Shown here in pieces: positions 32,301-34,493 of a DNA stretch of 34,493 bases. The notes under the pieces are model-generated. The model saw only the letters and a list, made by a program, of their open reading frames with translations. It did no database searches and was not told the DNA's origin. Position numbers and translations under genes: made by a program. This DNA is from Bigelowiella natans CCMP2755 (lineage: Eukaryota; Protista; Cercozoa), in contig ADNK01000003.1 of the NCBI GenBank assembly GCA_000320545.1, positions 1 through 34,493 on the forward strand. The letters run 5' to 3'. How positions within the stretch are numbered: position 1 is the stretch's first letter; every line of letters begins with the position of its first letter.

Positions 32301-34368
32301 CTTTGTCGATATCCCAATCATCAGCTGGGGGGGTCTTGTCCAGTAGCTCCGTTATCTGTCGGATGGTCTTGCCGGGGTTCTTCTTCCGTAGCTCGGTAGG
32401 TGTAGGTAGCTTGTTGTCCGCTAGGTCCATAAACTCTAACGCATTAACGCTTGACTCAGAGGTCCACTCGTCAAGCCGTATCATGTTCTGGCTGATGGTC
32501 CTGCCTGACTTCTTTGGCAACTTAGCAAAGTATATCTTGTGATTGTAGAATGATATGATCCCCCCTAATTTTTCTAGGGCATCCTGTCCGAGGAGTAGTT
32601 CCATGGATAAAGTCATGGCTACTCGGGTCTTGATTTGGGTCTCCGCGTCGCTGCCAGGTATCTGTAGCTTTAGCATTAGCTCACCGACGGTCTTCATGGA
32701 AGAGCTTCCGTCTGCTTGAGCATATTTACGTTCTTTCTTAGTCACTTGATCCAATAGTCCTAACCTTCTTACTGTGCTTAGGCTTATGAAGGACTTCGGC
32801 ATGCTGCCACTATCCCAAAGGGCAGGTAGTTTCTTGTAGTCTCCGTAGCTGTCTTTAACTTTAACCTTGGTCATAGCAACTTTGATAGTCCTGTTAGCGT
32901 CTTCGTCATTAATGTTGCATACTCCTAAGTTCTTTATGTCGTCTAGGGTCATGGGCTTGTCTTGGTCCTGCGTTGCTGGTACTGCTGTCTTCGTCGGCGC
33001 CTGCTTAAGGTGATCTAATATTCCGTTTATCTGCTGCTGTATAGCATTGATACTGTTCTGCTTTTTGTTCTTATATTTATTGTTCTTCCCGTTGTTGCTG
33101 CCTTGCCATTTGCTGTTGTTATATCCTTGTCCTCTGCCTTTCTTTCTCTTTAACTTCTCGTAGTGTTCGTTGAGCTGCCTGATCGTCATCCTGGGTCGTC
33201 CTTCTTTCCTGTCTCTGCAGTCTTTAGCGGTGTGTTTCCCTTTACGTGAGCAGTATCCGCAACGTCGGTTACCTTCCCTGTCCTTGTACCAGTCTCGCTG
33301 CGGCTTAATAGCGTTAATGTTTCCTATGCCAGGTACCTTAGGGCTGGTAAACTTGCGGTCCTGCTCCTGCTCGCGTAGGGATATAGCCTGCACTGCTGCC
33401 TCCATCGTGGTGTAGCCTTTCTCCGTAACGTAAGTGGATTCCTTTATCTTTAACTTGAACTCTTCAAACCTTGCCTGATCATCACCTGTGTTGTAATTAA
33501 AATCATGTAGTTCGTCGATCATATCCTGGAAGCGCGTGGCAAAGTCTCTAACAGGTTCTCTCTCATGCTGCATCATTGCTCTGTATTTTCTAATAGCCTG
33601 GGGTAGGGAGTTAGCATCCTGTTCATTTACAAAAGCCTTCATTATCGCCTCAACGTCTCGTAGCCCACTAACTGTAGTGTGTATTTTCTCTAGCTGCCTG
33701 ATCCGGGTCCTGCCTGTCTCGTAAAGGTCCATGGCTTGCTTTATTATAGCTAGCCATTTGAGCTTGTCGTTTTCGGTGGGGTTAGGGGTAAAGTCGCAGA
33801 GTATACTCCTAGCGTTCTTCCACCACCTCCTTGCCTCACCTCTTTTCCCGTTGTATTTCGTTATCATAACCGGTGCTGTTTTAACAGACATGAACTGGGT
33901 GTTCCGCTGTACCGGCTGCTGCTGCTTGACGGTGCTCTGGGTCGTCCCCCGCGAGGCGCCCAGACCCCCGTCGTTCCTAAACAAAGCTGCCCACTCTGGA
34001 GGTAAGTCTGCTTCGTAATCCATGATGTCCTGCATGATAGCTGCCCAAACATCATGTGTCTGATACTTGTATTCTATCGATACTTTCAGTTTGGCGTAGT
34101 TGCTCGCCCTGGGTCGCAAGGCTCGTAATGCCATTACGACCTTCTTGCTTTCGGCGGCCACGTCCTCGTCGTCCGCCTCGTAGAAGTTCTCCAGTGCCTC
34201 TGCTGCTGCATCTGCTTTCTTAATCCCGGGTGCTGGTCCCGGCGGTGCCTGTGGAGGTGTTCCTCCTCCTTCCTTAGCGTCCGTATCGCCCTTCCTTTCC
34301 TGTTTCTGCTCGTGCCCTTGCACGGCCTGCGAGCCAAAGTCCTGCTGTTCTTCTAGCTGCTGTGACAT
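29395..34368 (-). CDS. Gag-Pol polyprotein (Gag, zinc knuckle, aspartic protease, RT, RNase H, integrase, SH3/GPY-F-like module, C-terminal MTase-like extension), 1657 aa
   Basis: CGYCSRKGKHTAKDC knuckle (33217-33261). ALWDSGS protease (about 32810). RT motifs YYSSLD, PYGL and YVDD (31693-31704). RNase H TDWS, E and TDHKPL. IN motifs HGPAH..CRC, VQID, HVDN, SNSKVER. LKEGQYV..DPFWGG..RHISHLKNY SH3-like tail. Confidence 0.95.
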   Translation of the reverse strand: MSQQLEEQQDFGSQAVQGHEQKQERKGDTDAKEGGGTPPQAPPGPAPGIKKADAAAEALENFYEADDEDVAAESKKVVMALRALRPRASNYAKLKVSIEYKYQTHDVWAAIMQDIMDYEADLPPEWAALFRNDGGLGASRGTTQSTVKQQQPVQRNTQFMSVKTAPVMITKYNGKRGEARRWWKNARSILCDFTPNPTENDKLKWLAIIKQAMDLYETGRTRIRQLEKIHTTVSGLRDVEAIMKAFVNEQDANSLPQAIRKYRAMMQHEREPVRDFATRFQDMIDELHDFNYNTGDDQARFEEFKLKIKESTYVTEKGYTTMEAAVQAISLREQEQDRKFTSPKVPGIGNINAIKPQRDWYKDREGNRRCGYCSRKGKHTAKDCRDRKEGRPRMTIRQLNEHYEKLKRKKGRGQGYNNSKWQGSNNGKNNKYKNKKQNSINAIQQQINGILDHLKQAPTKTAVPATQDQDKPMTLDDIKNLGVCNINDEDANRTIKVAMTKVKVKDSYGDYKKLPALWDSGSMPKSFISLSTVRRLGLLDQVTKKERKYAQADGSSSMKTVGELMLKLQIPGSDAETQIKTRVAMTLSMELLLGQDALEKLGGIISFYNHKIYFAKLPKKSGRTISQNMIRLDEWTSESSVNALEFMDLADNKLPTPTELRKKNPGKTIRQITELLDKTPPADDWDIDKGKKYINKILNEKYSDITKPTTKPSSKLTPVKIELKKGYEECIINDPEHRRPEADWEKIEWQINEWAKEGKIEPSNSPWNVRHVLAKKPTYPFFRLAHNFIRHNRVIKRIQTPTPRIDDVIEHVIGYKYYSSLDKNESYMQTPIHKTSRPITAFSSRHRKWHFVVFPYGLSISGDAFSSQNYRAYTHDGMASVLWVFVFVYVDDDIICTNTVVAQIFLLENIFIRFAHFGFTIRLQKCTFLATRIKWCGYYLEQGRITPNPEKVAALQQAPKPKNAKELKSFLQTAAWILRRFSPTYARTAAAFTTAYRKENSVGLSFAKVWAKAGLDAHFDNLIKLCSNTLLNAKVDTTRPATLWTDWSKLGMAAVLTQDQQIIRVWGRACTAAEAKYSPTKGEYKAMTEAQRKLRYYLLSVPSFTLMTDHKPLLGIDRKLEAPNDEYAAMRADTEEFRDKRTVVYAPGDKQLADYFSRLFEKKVPTQVTPMVNAITFEDGDFLPEPEELQHLQEHLDKYKHKHEVLSDRIYVYTNNVRRTYVPRRTRGALLFTAHGPAHVGENHITALLYHYYWPYKLKEIRTYLRGCRCSSLKAAGVATKESSKSRASKKIKARNFLDIVQIDVYKYDGYHYLTFVDVATGKCWVKKIIKVNVAKKNKGLYKQRLTNCYRTWESELQAIPDEVSINKIPKKLHVDNETSLLQLPHPNIDASPVYYAQSNSKVERLHRTLANLSRINSTTPDKIQGLVNDTFTSGGGIKDKEREEGDDNDDDTESEDEKVPYDGRVLKEGQYVRAKVNLRSRNKQDPFWGGVAKVTERKGRKQYYIYDGNRVTLRHISHLKNYDIGEKLLEDVKVNPTVWERAMPCLGPRPKFDVEYGNNKVRVNDDWRMKIVYLGYPGLRNMERVAMKIKDGKYQLLYLAVPDLPFEHWYKVLGDLDAEGWYGHEPKDEGEFWVSDKGDKVREESITWWLVKFRKR

Positions 34369-34384
34369 TGTTAGTCAAATCGTT

Positions 34385-34402
34385 TCCCGTGTGTGGAAGC
34401 CA
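34385..34402 (-). other. Primer binding site
   Basis: Minus strand TGGCTTCCACACACGGGA lies 5 nt after the LTR CA. It is complementary to a tRNA 3' end ...UCCCGUGUGUGGAAGCCA (U1-A72, G73; Asp/Glu-like by inference). Confidence 0.75.
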
Positions 34403-34407
34403 AAGGT

Positions 34408-34493
34408 TGTTGCGCGTAAGGTGTTCACAGGCCGAGGCGCTACGTGCACAAGTAGGCAGGGGGGGGGAAAGGCACGTTTGCTTCCTTTGAAGA
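34408..34493 (-). repeat. 5' LTR, partial (U5 end)
   Basis: Identical to 29018-29104 except for one T missing from a T run. Confidence 0.93.

Larger units (their letters stand above)
29018..34493 (-). mobile_element. Ty3/Gypsy-type LTR retrotransposon, apparently intact; 5' LTR cut by the window end
   Basis: Direct repeats start at 29018 and 34408. There is a PBS, a PPT and an uninterrupted Gag-PR-RT-RNaseH-IN ORF, with IN after RT/RH as in the Ty3/Gypsy order. Confidence 0.95.

Noticed and set aside
29942-34018. Several plus-strand ORFs antisense to gag-pol
   Set aside because: Short shadows of the long ORF with no domain evidence.
29018-34493. Classifying the element as DIRS because of the MTase-like domain
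   Set aside because: It has direct TG...CA LTRs, PBS/PPT, an aspartic protease and a DDE integrase, and no tyrosine recombinase.
1-34493. CRISPR array, rRNA or tRNA genes
   Set aside because: No regularly spaced repeats or recognisable RNA genes; the only tRNA-like sequence is the 18-nt PBS.

Overview
This is eukaryotic nuclear DNA from a gene-dense, intron-rich protist with short GT-AG introns and many microsatellites. The style resembles a chlorarachniophyte/rhizarian, but that is inference only. The ORF track is mostly noise, so genes were rebuilt by manual splicing. Left to right: (1) a partial minus-strand hypothetical gene; (2) a tandem two-repeat 6TM Kv-like channel with non-GYG filters (TGDFP / GGEW); (3) an AMPK-gamma/SNF4-like CBS protein; (4) a GYF_2-PI3/PI4-kinase fusion; (5) a protein with a CFIm68-like RRM; (6) a type II membrane protein; (7) an intronless WAPL; (8) a small signal-peptide membrane protein; (9) an apparently intact, young Ty3/Gypsy-type LTR retrotransposon (326-bp LTR, PBS, PPT, single Gag-Pol ORF). 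The top finding is in the retrotransposon. Its integrase is compacted (D-x27-E, CxC) and is followed by a C-terminal domain that looks like a degenerate phage-Dam/DIRS-type N6-adenine methyltransferase, placed where chromoviruses carry a chromodomain. Other observations: an exact internal PPT copy, a hairpin enclosing the PPT, a 68-bp dispersed repeat, and TGCA/CTAG-rich tracts confined to gene 3' ends. Exon boundaries and start codons are manual estimates.
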